Positions 28,039 through 37,378 of a stretch of 42,968 nucleotides of DNA are shown piece after piece (within the stretch, counting starts at the first letter, position 1; each line of letters starts with the position of its first letter). This DNA is from Gemmatimonadales bacterium (GTDB lineage Bacteria; Gemmatimonadota; Gemmatimonadetes; Gemmatimonadales; Gemmatimonadaceae): the NCBI GenBank assembly GCA_038316215.1, contig JBBQAK010000001.1, forward strand, positions 1-42,968. Direction: 5' to 3'. Under the pieces are notes generated by a model that had not been told where the DNA came from, made no database searches, and saw only the letters and a list, made by a program, of their open reading frames with translations. The translations under genes and the position numbers were made by a program.

Positions 28039-29608
28039 GTTCACGATGGGACCGATGCTGCTCAATCTCCTGCTGTGGTTGCCGATGGTGGGCGTGGGGC
28101 TCGTGTTGCTGGTGGCGCGCGCAAACGATACGCGGTCGCGCACCATCAGCGTGGCCATCATGACGCTGCAGTTCGCCCTCGCCACCATGTTGTATCGGCA
28201 GTTCGACGCCACGGCCTCAGGGCTGCAGTTCGCCACGCATCTGCCGTGGATCGCGCAGTGGGGCGTGTCGTACCTCATCGGGCTCGATGGCTTCAATATC
28301 TTGCTCGTGTTGCTCACGGCGTTCCTGGGGCCGATTGTGGTACTTGGCGCGTGGACATCTATCAAAAAGGACGTGCCGCTTTTTCACGTCATGGTGCTGC
28401 TGCTGCAGTTTGCCATGATGGGGGCGTTCGTAGCGCAGGATCTCTTCCTGTTCTATTTGTTCTGGGAAGCGATGCTGATTCCCATGTTCCTGATCATCGG
28501 CATGTGGGGCGGCGCACGGCGCGTGTATGCCACCCTCAAGTTCGTGCTGTACACGGCCTTCGGCAGCATTCTCATGCTGGCCGCGGTGATTTACCTCGTG
28601 CACTCCCTGCAGCTGAGCAGCGGCGTGATGTCGTTTGCCTTTGCCGACCTGTACCGCTCACAGCTTCCGCTGTCGGTGCAGACGATTCTGCTGGGTGCCT
28701 TCGCGTTGTCGTTCGCGATCAAGGTGCCCATGGTGCCGCTGCACACCTGGCTCCCCGACGCGCACGTGGAAGCGCCCACGGCGGGCTCGGTGATTCTGGC
28801 TGGCGTGCTGCTCAAAATGGGTACGTACGGCTTCATGAGGCTCGGCTTCCCGCTGTTCCCCGATGCCGCGCGCGCCTTCACGCCGCTGCTCATGACGCTG
28901 GCCGTGGTCAGCATCGTGTACGGGGCCTGTCTTGCGCTCGTGCAGACGGACATCAAGAAGATCATCGCGTACTCGTCGATCAGTCACCTGGGCTACGTCA
29001 TGCTGGGGCTGCTCAGTGTCGAGCTGGTGGGCATTCAGGGCGCGATCATTCAAATGGTGAGCCACGGACTCGTGGCGGCCGGACTGTTTCTGCTGGTCGG
29101 TATGATCTACGATCGCTGCCACACGCGAGAGCTCGCGGCCTACGGCGGGCTGGCCCGTCTGTTGCCCGTGTACTCGGTGTTTTTCATGATCTTCACGCTG
29201 GCGTCGGTGGGATTGCCCACCACCAGCGGATTCACCGGTGAGTTCCTCGCCCTCATGGGCGCGTTTACGGCCGCGTGGCCGGCGCATCTCGACGGCAATC
29301 AGCTGCCGCTGGTGCTCGCGGTTATTGCGGTCACGGGCGTGGTGTTGGGTGCCATGTACATGTTGCGCTTCGCGCTCACGTTCCTGTTCGGCGACGTGAA
29401 AGCCCCGCATCACACGCCTGAACATCCGTTGCTCGACTTATCGGTTCGCGAGAAGAGCATACTCGGCCTCTTGGTGATCGCGGTGTTCGCTCTTGGTCTC
29501 TTCCCGGACGGCGCGTTGCAGAAAACCGAACTGGCGGCGAAAACGTACCAGTCGCTGGTGACCACGTCGCGTACTCCTGCCGGCTCGCCGGCGGGGGTGA
29601 CCCCGTGA
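28031..29608 (+). CDS. nuoM: NADH-quinone oxidoreductase subunit M
   Basis: FWEAM, AIKVPMVPLHTWLPDAHVEAP, LLKMG and GFTGEF motifs. Confidence 0.97.
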   Translation: MSEFTMGPMLLNLLLWLPMVGVGLVLLVARANDTRSRTISVAIMTLQFALATMLYRQFDATASGLQFATHLPWIAQWGVSYLIGLDGFNILLVLLTAFLGPIVVLGAWTSIKKDVPLFHVMVLLLQFAMMGAFVAQDLFLFYLFWEAMLIPMFLIIGMWGGARRVYATLKFVLYTAFGSILMLAAVIYLVHSLQLSSGVMSFAFADLYRSQLPLSVQTILLGAFALSFAIKVPMVPLHTWLPDAHVEAPTAGSVILAGVLLKMGTYGFMRLGFPLFPDAARAFTPLLMTLAVVSIVYGACLALVQTDIKKIIAYSSISHLGYVMLGLLSVELVGIQGAIIQMVSHGLVAAGLFLLVGMIYDRCHTRELAAYGGLARLLPVYSVFFMIFTLASVGLPTTSGFTGEFLALMGAFTAAWPAHLDGNQLPLVLAVIAVTGVVLGAMYMLRFALTFLFGDVKAPHHTPEHPLLDLSVREKSILGLLVIAVFALGLFPDGALQKTELAAKTYQSLVTTSRTPAGSPAGVTP

Positions 29609-31002
29609 ACACCGCGATGAATCCGCAAGACGCGTTGCTGGCGATGCTTCCGGAGCATCTCCTGCTCGGTGGCATGGTGCTGCTCATCGTGATGGGGATC
29701 GTGGGGCGTGGGGCGCGCTCGGCGCTGTGGGTGGCGCTCGGCGCCGTTGTGGCGTCGTGCACGGCCGCGTTCTGGTTGTCGCATGCCCAGTTCTCGGCCG
29801 AGCCCTTTGCGGGGCAGTTCTCGGTGACGCCAGCCGTGCTGATGGCCAAAGGCGCGCTGTTGGCACTGGCCGTGCCGGTACTGCTGATGTCGCGCACCGA
29901 ATTCAGCGACGGTGAGTTTTCGATTCTGCTGCTGTCGTCGCTGTACGGCCTGTGCCTGCTCCCGTCGTCCGACAGTTTCCTCGTGATGTTCCTGGGACTC
30001 GAGCTGTTGGCGATGCCGGTGTACGCGCTCGTACTGCTGGCGTTTCGCAGGCCACAGAGCGCCGAAGCCGCATTCAAGTACCTCGTGCTGAGCGGCGCCG
30101 CGTCGGCCACGTTCCTGATGGGCGTGTCGCTGCTGTACGGGGCCACCGGCTCGATGAGCGTGAGCGCGTTCGGACCGGCGCTGGCATCGGGCGACATCAT
30201 GACGCGCACCGCCGTGGTGCTGGTGCTACTGGCGCTGTTCCTCAAGGCGGCGGTCGTGCCGTTCCATGCGTGGGCGCCGGACACGTACGAAGGCGCGAGC
30301 ATCCCCGTCACGGCCTATATGGCCACGCTCACCAAGGGTGCCGTGTTGCTGGCGGCCGTGCGCCTGTTCAGCGGGGTGAATGTTTCGGGGTCGCTGGCCC
30401 AGCTGCTGATGGTACTGCCGTTGGTCTCGATCGTGTGGGGCAACCTCGCGGCGATCAAGCAGCACAGTTTCCGCCGCATGATCGCGTATTCGTCGATCGC
30501 GCACGCCGGCTACCTGTTCTACGCGTTCCTCGGTGACGCTGACGGGCGCCTGCAGGCGGTGCTGTTTTACGTGGTCGCGTATTCGGTGACAAACCTGCTC
30601 GCGTTCGCGGTGCTGCCGCAGAACGACACCGACGATCAGCGCGATTCACTGGACGCGCTCAAGGGGCTGTATCATCGCAATCCCTTCGCGGCGGCGATGA
30701 TCGCGATTGCGATGCTGTCGCTGGCAGGGCTGCCGCCGTTCCCGGGATTCGCGGCGAAGTTCCTGATTTTCAAGAATGTCGTGGCGGCGGGGTACACCAC
30801 CTATGCGGTGCTCGGTCTCGTGGGCAGTTACCTCGGCATCTACTTCTACCTCCGCGTGATTCAGCTGCTGTTCATGACGGCGGGTGAAGCGGCGCCGAGC
30901 GAGCGGCCGGCCGGCGGGACAGCGCGGGTGGCGGGTGTGTTGTGCCTGGTGGGGACGTTGGTGCTGGCGGTGTTGCCGGGGTGGGTGTTGGGCGCGCTCT
31001 GA
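29605..31002 (+). CDS. nuoN: NADH-quinone oxidoreductase subunit N
   Basis: GLELL, EAAFKY, LKAAVVPFHAWAPD, AYSSIAH and AGLPPFPGFAAKF motifs. Confidence 0.95.
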   Translation: MNTAMNPQDALLAMLPEHLLLGGMVLLIVMGIVGRGARSALWVALGAVVASCTAAFWLSHAQFSAEPFAGQFSVTPAVLMAKGALLALAVPVLLMSRTEFSDGEFSILLLSSLYGLCLLPSSDSFLVMFLGLELLAMPVYALVLLAFRRPQSAEAAFKYLVLSGAASATFLMGVSLLYGATGSMSVSAFGPALASGDIMTRTAVVLVLLALFLKAAVVPFHAWAPDTYEGASIPVTAYMATLTKGAVLLAAVRLFSGVNVSGSLAQLLMVLPLVSIVWGNLAAIKQHSFRRMIAYSSIAHAGYLFYAFLGDADGRLQAVLFYVVAYSVTNLLAFAVLPQNDTDDQRDSLDALKGLYHRNPFAAAMIAIAMLSLAGLPPFPGFAAKFLIFKNVVAAGYTTYAVLGLVGSYLGIYFYLRVIQLLFMTAGEAAPSERPAGGTARVAGVLCLVGTLVLAVLPGWVLGAL

Positions 31003-31050
31003 CGAGGTGCTGAGCCGACCAGACGAGCGATCAGGGCGCCTTCCGGTCGA

Positions 31051-32484
31051 CTACATCCGTGTGGCCTTCGCCGCGACGCGCGTTACCAGTTCGAGCATGA
31101 CGCGAGTTCCGCGACGCACGTTCTCCATGCTGATCTGCTCGTTGTTGCCATGCGTGCCGCCCTCGTCAGCCTCAGGAATGAGAAACGGAGAGAATCCGTA
31201 GCTCGCAATACCGAGATCGCGAAACCAGTGACTATCGGTGAAGCCGGTCTGAACGGCTGGCACAATGCCGGCCTGCGGGAAGTTGCGCCTGATGACGTCA
31301 ACGGCAGCGGTATACAACGGGGAATCAGTGCTCGAAATGGCTGAGGAAAACGCCAGCACTTCGTCGATCGCGATCTCGGGGTCGTTGATGGCCGATTTGA
31401 ATTCACGCAAAAATGCGGCGCGATCCTGATCGGGCAGCAGCCGGCAATCCACCTGCGCCTGTGCTTCGGGCGGAATGACATTCACCTTGTTGCTCGCGTT
31501 GAGCATCGTGATGGAGCAGGTATTGTGCAGCAGTCCAGCGATCGCCGGTCGATCAATCTGCAACTGCAACAGCAGATTGCGATCACTCACCAATTGCTCG
31601 GGATGCATGAACACTTCCTTCCAGCGATCGCCGGCGTTGGGCGCCATGGCCGCCAGATACGCGCCAACGGCCGGGACCACGCGCGGCGCAAACTCGTAAC
31701 TCTGCAAGCGATCGAGCGCGCGAATCAATCGATTCACTGACGATTGCGGTGGCGGCGTTGATCCGTGACCGGGCTTCCCCTGCGCGGTGAGTTTGAGCCA
31801 GTACGGGGTCTTCTGCGTGACTTCGATGTTGAAGGTCTGATGTCCGTCGGCATACAGCGTGCCGTCGCCACCTTCGTTCAAGAGCATGCCGACACCCTTG
31901 AATGCATCGGGACGATTCTTCACGATCCAACCGGCACCGTAGTTACCGCCGGCCTCTTCGTCTGCCGTGGCCATGAAGATCACGTCGCGATCGAGTGCGA
32001 CGCCACCGCGCTTGAGCGCGAGAAATGCCTCGAGCTGCACAATGCCCAACGTTTTGGTATCGAGTGCACCACGCCCCACGATGTTGCCATTGGACTCAGT
32101 GGCGGCCATCGGATCGGCACTCCAATACCTGGGGTCGGCGGGCACGACATCCATGTGATGGAGCAGCAGCAGCGCAGGCTTGGCGGGGCCCGTGCCCGGT
32201 GTCGCTTTCAGTCGCGCCCAGATGTTGCCGCGACCGGGCGCTGATGACGCCGTATCAAAAGCGATCCCTTCCTGCGTGAAGATTCTCGCAAAAAAGCGGA
32301 CGGCCTCGATTTCGTTGCCCGGTGGGTTGGTGGTGTTGATGCGGAGGTATTCGCGAGTCCGCTGCACGGCTTCGTCGGAGAGTTTGGTGAGGTCGACGGG
32401 CGGCTGGGCAGGTTGCGCGTGCGCGAGGTTGGGCGCGATCGCGAGCAAGGCAAGTGCCGCGTACGTCCGCAACAGAGTGGGCAT
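31051..32484 (-). CDS. Secreted M20/M25/M40 metallo-hydrolase (aminoacylase-like)
   Basis: HMDVVP, GRGALDTK, ADEE, GHGS, GFTDS and THGNNE motifs. Signal peptide from MPTLLR. Confidence 0.92.
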   Translation of the reverse strand: MPTLLRTYAALALLAIAPNLAHAQPAQPPVDLTKLSDEAVQRTREYLRINTTNPPGNEIEAVRFFARIFTQEGIAFDTASSAPGRGNIWARLKATPGTGPAKPALLLLHHMDVVPADPRYWSADPMAATESNGNIVGRGALDTKTLGIVQLEAFLALKRGGVALDRDVIFMATADEEAGGNYGAGWIVKNRPDAFKGVGMLLNEGGDGTLYADGHQTFNIEVTQKTPYWLKLTAQGKPGHGSTPPPQSSVNRLIRALDRLQSYEFAPRVVPAVGAYLAAMAPNAGDRWKEVFMHPEQLVSDRNLLLQLQIDRPAIAGLLHNTCSITMLNASNKVNVIPPEAQAQVDCRLLPDQDRAAFLREFKSAINDPEIAIDEVLAFSSAISSTDSPLYTAAVDVIRRNFPQAGIVPAVQTGFTDSHWFRDLGIASYGFSPFLIPEADEGGTHGNNEQISMENVRRGTRVMLELVTRVAAKATRM

Positions 32485-32715
32485 AGTCCTGATGCTCGGG
32501 ATGGGAGATTGCACGGGGTGTGGTCGAGTATACGCTGGAGTCTGCCGAGGCGCGAGAACCGGCATGCAGGCGGTGGATTGTCTCCCATGAAGACGCACTC
32601 CATCTTGAGACAGACGCTCGTAGTAACAGGCAGCGATCCTCCTGATGAGTGAAGCGGGCAATGCATATCCAGTCAAAACCGGTCGCGGTGCTGACGCAGT
32701 TGCCGGACTGAATCG

Positions 32716-33975
32716 ATGACCCGACTCACCGTTTCGTCACGGGCCGCCGCGCACATCGTCGTCGCGCTGTCGGTCATGCTGGCCGCCGGCTGCGCTACCC
32801 CGCCCCGCGCCGAGCCCGACGCCTACCCGCACGCGACCGAGCCCATCGGAGCACTCCGCGAGATCTACGACGGGATCCTGTCACCGGACCTCGCGGTCAA
32901 CACGTTCCGCAACATCGACCGCCTGCTCCCCACGCGCACGGTGCGACCGTCGAGCCGCCCGAAGGCGCTGCCGCCCTCCGACGCGGCGCGGACATCGGTA
33001 TTGCGCGCCGTACGCGTGCCCTACGGCGGGCAATCGTACAGCGTCGACCAGTTTCTCGAGGCCAATCGGGTGGCCGGACTGCTCGTGCTGCGCGACGGAC
33101 AGATCGTCGAGGAGCGCTATCGGTTCGGCAACACGGCGCGCACGCGCTGGATGTCGATGTCGGTGGCCAAATCCATCACGTCCACACTCGTGGGTGCTGC
33201 ATTGCGTGACGGATACATCGCATCGATCAATGATCCGGTCACGAAATACGTCCCGTCGTTGCGGGGAAGCGCATACGATGGCGTGTCGGTGCGCGACGTG
33301 CTCATGATGTCGTCCGGGGTGCGTTGGCGCGAGACGTACACCGATCCGACGTCGGATCGGCGCCGACTGCTGGAGGCGCAGATTTCGCTTACCTCCGGAT
33401 CGGCCATGGCGGTCATGCGCTCCCTGCCACGCAGTGCCGAGCCGGGTACCCGCAACACGTACAACACGGGCGAGACGCAGGTGGTCGCTGAGGTCGTTCG
33501 GCACGCCGTCGGCAAACCACTGGCGACGTACCTCTCGGAACGCATCTGGTCGCGGTATGGCATGGAACGCGAGGCCACGTGGTGGCTCGAATCGCCGGAT
33601 GGAGTGGAAATCGGCGGCAGTGGCTTCAGCGCCACGCTCCGCGATTATGCGCGCTTCGGGCAGTTCATCCTCGATGGCGGCGTCGTGTCGGGCGACTCCG
33701 TACTCCCGTCCGGTTGGCTCGCCGAGGCTACATCACCCAAGACACTTCGGCGCGGCGCCGCGCTTGACTACGGCTACCTGTGGTGGCCCGGCACGTCGTC
33801 GGCCGACCGTCGCGACCGCGCCTTCAGCGCCGAAGGCATCCATGGCCAGTTTCTGTACGTGAACCCGTCGGCGCGCATCGTGATCGCCGTGTGGAGCGCG
33901 CGGCCGAAGCCGGCTGGTGGTGCGGTGGTGGACGAATGGGCGTTCTTCGACGCCGTCGTTGAGGCGCTACGATGA
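32716..33975 (+). CDS. Serine hydrolase lipoprotein (beta-lactamase-fold, 6-aminohexanoate-dimer hydrolase-like)
   Basis: SMSVAKS (SxxK), YNTGET, YGYLWW and GIHGQ motifs; lipobox LAAGC. Confidence 0.9.
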   Translation: MTRLTVSSRAAAHIVVALSVMLAAGCATPPRAEPDAYPHATEPIGALREIYDGILSPDLAVNTFRNIDRLLPTRTVRPSSRPKALPPSDAARTSVLRAVRVPYGGQSYSVDQFLEANRVAGLLVLRDGQIVEERYRFGNTARTRWMSMSVAKSITSTLVGAALRDGYIASINDPVTKYVPSLRGSAYDGVSVRDVLMMSSGVRWRETYTDPTSDRRRLLEAQISLTSGSAMAVMRSLPRSAEPGTRNTYNTGETQVVAEVVRHAVGKPLATYLSERIWSRYGMEREATWWLESPDGVEIGGSGFSATLRDYARFGQFILDGGVVSGDSVLPSGWLAEATSPKTLRRGAALDYGYLWWPGTSSADRRDRAFSAEGIHGQFLYVNPSARIVIAVWSARPKPAGGAVVDEWAFFDAVVEALR

Positions 33976-34047
33976 CGGCCGCCGACATCAGCTTGGCGCC
34001 AGGATAGCGGTTGCGTGTAGTGCGATTGATCCATCCGGCGGGCGGAG

Positions 34048-34821
34048 CTATTCGCCGCGATCGGCCGCAGGCCCGGGGGACGTTCCGCGGGCGTCGGAGG
34101 TCCATGGCGTGCTCGCAGGCGGCGACGTATGCGGCGGTATTCTACGTGCCAACACGCCACGCAGCGCCTTCGCTTCTGCCCAGACATCGTGCAACAGCGG
34201 AATGATCGGTGAGGCAACATCATCCGGATCTCCCAACCCCGCCGTGCGCTGCCTCCGCAACAGCTCCAGAATGACGCCTCGAACCTCGTGCGGATGTTTC
34301 AGCCCGCGCAACCGTGCACGATGCCCCGCGTCGGCTGTTTCAGCGCTCCCGCCGCCCGCCGTCTCGACTTCCACCGTCGAAATTCCGAACCATCGCTCGA
34401 GCGGTCCCTGCGTGACGCGCACGTTCTGCGCATTCGCAAACGTGAGCGTGATCTCTTGCACGGTCCACACGCCTTCACGAATCAGCAAACTGCGATCGGT
34501 GATCACGTACCACCGCATCTCGTAGTCGAGCCGTATTGTCACGTACAACGTCGCTGCTTTCGCCACGGCGATGGCGACCAGCGGAATAACGAGCAGTAAC
34601 AGCCGCCAGTCGGCAGCCACGAGCAACACGCTGGCGAGACAGACACCGAGCCCCCACGCGATCGCATACAGGCGCCACCCAAGCAGCCGCAATCGCAAGA
34701 ACCCGGCGTCCGCTCGCTCGATGCGCAACATCTCATGCGGGTCGTGACCCGACGGTGGATGCGGTTCGCTGTCGTGTATGCGCAACCATGGGAGGATGAG
34801 CCCCTTGAGCCAGTCATACAT
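34048..34821 (-). CDS. Bacterial PH domain (bPH_2/YdbS-like) membrane protein
   Basis: Two TMs followed by WYVITDR..QNVRVTQGPLERWFGISTVEVETAGG. Confidence 0.85.
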   Translation of the reverse strand: MYDWLKGLILPWLRIHDSEPHPPSGHDPHEMLRIERADAGFLRLRLLGWRLYAIAWGLGVCLASVLLVAADWRLLLLVIPLVAIAVAKAATLYVTIRLDYEMRWYVITDRSLLIREGVWTVQEITLTFANAQNVRVTQGPLERWFGISTVEVETAGGGSAETADAGHRARLRGLKHPHEVRGVILELLRRQRTAGLGDPDDVASPIIPLLHDVWAEAKALRGVLARRIPPHTSPPASTPWTSDARGTSPGPAADRGE

Positions 34822-35395
34822 CGCGCGTTTCCTTGGGCGGTGATTCGAGCAACGCACGCACCGCTCGTAACTCATCGCGAATACCGGTGAGTGCATCAAC
34901 CGCGTCTGCATCGGCACCAAGCGTCATCACCGCGTGCGGTGCCATACCGGTGCTCACGGCCCCCGTCTGCGGCGGACGACGATGTCCGCGCATGCGCGCA
35001 TACAGATAGTTTCGCACGTCCTGGAATGCCCTGAGCCCGACAATCGATTCCGTGGACGCGGCACTGCCCGACGCGGTCTGAATCTTCACGGTGCCAATAC
35101 CCAACCACCGTTCGACGATGTTCCGCGTGACATGAATGTCCTGAATGCGTGCGTACGTGAGATACGTCTCGCGCCGCCAGAGCAGTCCGTACGAGACCGA
35201 CACCCCGTCGTTATCAAAGCGATAGCGCAGCGTCTTGTATCGGAAATAGTACGGCAGAATGGCAATCGGCAGCGCCACGGTGGAGAGCAAACAGTAGATG
35301 AGGTACAACGTCCACAACTGCGGATCGGGTGTGGTGATCGCCTGCACGCGTGCGGCGTCTACGGGTGCTAAATGCGCGTCGGTCTGTTCGTGCAC
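34814..35395 (-). CDS. Bacterial PH domain (bPH_2) membrane protein
   Basis: TM followed by YRFD..IQDIHVTRNIVERWLGIGTVKIQTASG. GTG 35395 lies 9 nt from AGGAG. Confidence 0.85.
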   Translation of the reverse strand: MHEQTDAHLAPVDAARVQAITTPDPQLWTLYLIYCLLSTVALPIAILPYYFRYKTLRYRFDNDGVSVSYGLLWRRETYLTYARIQDIHVTRNIVERWLGIGTVKIQTASGSAASTESIVGLRAFQDVRNYLYARMRGHRRPPQTGAVSTGMAPHAVMTLGADADAVDALTGIRDELRAVRALLESPPKETRDV

Positions 35396-35753
35396 CTGGT
35401 ACACTCCTTCGTTCGCGTTCGACTCCTTCGGCGCAGGGGAACGTTCCTCGATCTACGCCTGCCACACCGGTGTTTCGCGGGCGGCGGTCTCTGCCGCCTG
35501 CTCACCGTAATGGTGGAAACTACGTGCGACCATGCTTGGCGTTGGATCACCCATGCGGAAGCGCGTGAGATAGCGGCGGAGGGTGCGGAGGAAGCCGGGC
35601 CACTCCAGCCCCCCTTACCTGCGTGGGGCATCCCAGGCGGTCACAGTAGCCTTCCCCGGGGACCGCTACGTCTCCCGGCGCTGCCGGGCGTCTTCGCCGG
35701 TACAACGCTTAACTTTGCTCCTACACATTCCTCACCGCCTCGTCCATTTCCGC

Positions 35754-37370
35754 GTGACTCTCCTCTCCTGCTCCAATATCGGGATCTCCTTCGGAGCGAC
35801 CGAACTCCTCAAGAACATCACGTTCACCGTGGCCGAGGGCGAGCGGTGGGGCATCATCGGACGGAATGGTGCCGGCAAGACGTCGATTTTCAGCGCCATC
35901 ACCGGCGACCTTCAGCCTACGACGGGTGCCGTCGCCCGCAAGCCGGGACTCCGGCATGCCCTGCTCGACCAGCACCGGGCCTTCGAAGGCGCCACCACCG
36001 TGTGGCAGGCGGGTGCGGCGGCGTGGCGTGTTGTCATGGCCCTCGAGCAGCGCATCGCCGACCAGGCGACGGCGCTGGGGGAACTGGGCGACAAGGTCAC
36101 CGACGAGATGCTCGAACGGTTCGGGCACGACCAGGAGCGCTTCGCCGACCTCGGGGGCTACATCTACCACGCCCGCGTCGATGCGGTGCTTCAAGGGCTC
36201 GGCTTCGACGCCGAGGAGTCGAGAACGCGTTTGGTGTCCACGCTCTCGGGCGGCGAACGCGGGCGTGTGGGTTTGGCGGCGCAACTCATCGCACCGGCCG
36301 ACCTCCTGCTGCTCGACGAGCCTACCAACCACCTGGACCTCGACACCACGACCTGGCTCCAGGACTGGCTCACCGAGGCCGACGAAACGGTGATCGTCGT
36401 GTCGCACGATCGCGCTTTCCTCGACGCGATCTGCACGAACATCCTGCACGTCGAGGCGAAGTCGAGTGAGTCGTACAAGGGCAACTACAGCCAATTCGTC
36501 CCGCAGCGCGCCGAACGCCGTCTCACGCGCGAGCGCGAGCTGGAGAAGCAGCGCGCGTACGTGAAGAAGGAATCGGATTACATCATGCGTAACCTCGCGG
36601 GTGTGAACTCGTTCCAAGCGAAGGGCAAGCGCAAACGGCTGGAGCGCCTGCCGCGTCTTGCGCCGCCGCCCGGCGATCCAGCGGCGATGTCGCTCGAGTT
36701 CAAAGTCGCGGAGCGCGGCGGCGACCAGGTGGTCGCGATCAACGAGCTTCGCGTGGAAGTGCCCGGACGCGTGCTCGTGGAAGCGTTCACCGCGGTGCTG
36801 CGACGCAACGACTTTGTCGCGCTCGTCGGCCCCAACGGCGCGGGGAAATCGTCGTTCATTTCCACGATGCTGGGTGATCGCACGCCGGCGAGTGGCGAAG
36901 CGAAAGTCGGTAGCTCGATCACGCCCGCCTATTTCCGACAGGATCTGGCCGACCTGCCACTGCGCATGTCACTGTCGGACGCGATCCAGGCTCAGCGGCC
37001 GCTCTGGAATCGAGGGAACGTGCAGAATCATCTCGGCGCCTTCGGCTTCACGGGCGACGAGGTGTTCCGCGAGATCGGCACACTCAGTGGTGGCGAGCGT
37101 GCGCGCGTGGCGCTGGCGCTCATCACGCTGTCGGGCGCCAATCTGCTGGTGCTCGATGAGCCCACGAATCATCTCGACGTCGAGAACATCGAGGTGCTCG
37201 AAGACGCGCTCGACGAGTACGAGGGCACGGTGCTGCTTGTGAGCCACGACCGGGCATTCCTGCGCGAGGTCGCCACGCGCGTATGGTGGTTCGACGGGAC
37301 GCGGCTCGTGGACTTCGACGGCCCTTTTACGGAGTGGGAAGCCACTCGAAAGGCTCCCGTCGTGAAGTGA
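35754..37370 (+). CDS. ABC-F family ATP-binding protein (ribosome-associated)
   Basis: Two ABC domains (GRNGAGKT/LSGGE/DEPTNHLD and GPNGAGKS/LSGGE/DEPTNHLD), YKGNYS linker, no TM. Confidence 0.95.
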   Translation: MTLLSCSNIGISFGATELLKNITFTVAEGERWGIIGRNGAGKTSIFSAITGDLQPTTGAVARKPGLRHALLDQHRAFEGATTVWQAGAAAWRVVMALEQRIADQATALGELGDKVTDEMLERFGHDQERFADLGGYIYHARVDAVLQGLGFDAEESRTRLVSTLSGGERGRVGLAAQLIAPADLLLLDEPTNHLDLDTTTWLQDWLTEADETVIVVSHDRAFLDAICTNILHVEAKSSESYKGNYSQFVPQRAERRLTRERELEKQRAYVKKESDYIMRNLAGVNSFQAKGKRKRLERLPRLAPPPGDPAAMSLEFKVAERGGDQVVAINELRVEVPGRVLVEAFTAVLRRNDFVALVGPNGAGKSSFISTMLGDRTPASGEAKVGSSITPAYFRQDLADLPLRMSLSDAIQAQRPLWNRGNVQNHLGAFGFTGDEVFREIGTLSGGERARVALALITLSGANLLVLDEPTNHLDVENIEVLEDALDEYEGTVLLVSHDRAFLREVATRVWWFDGTRLVDFDGPFTEWEATRKAPVVK

Positions 37371-37378
37371 TATGATCT

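Noticed and set aside
26128-31002. Complex I variant with an extra antiporter subunit (2M type)
   Set aside because: There is exactly one each of nuoL, nuoM and nuoN, and NuoL is of ordinary length.
32641-32680. CTGATGAG, resembling a hammerhead ribozyme core
   Set aside because: No stem II closed by GAAA and no matching NUH site could be built.
35460-35520. Minus-strand hammerhead-like TGAGC...GCGAAAC
   Set aside because: The core reads ACGGUGA rather than CUGAnGA, and the cleavage triplet would be GUG. It is kept only as a generic structure on the + strand.
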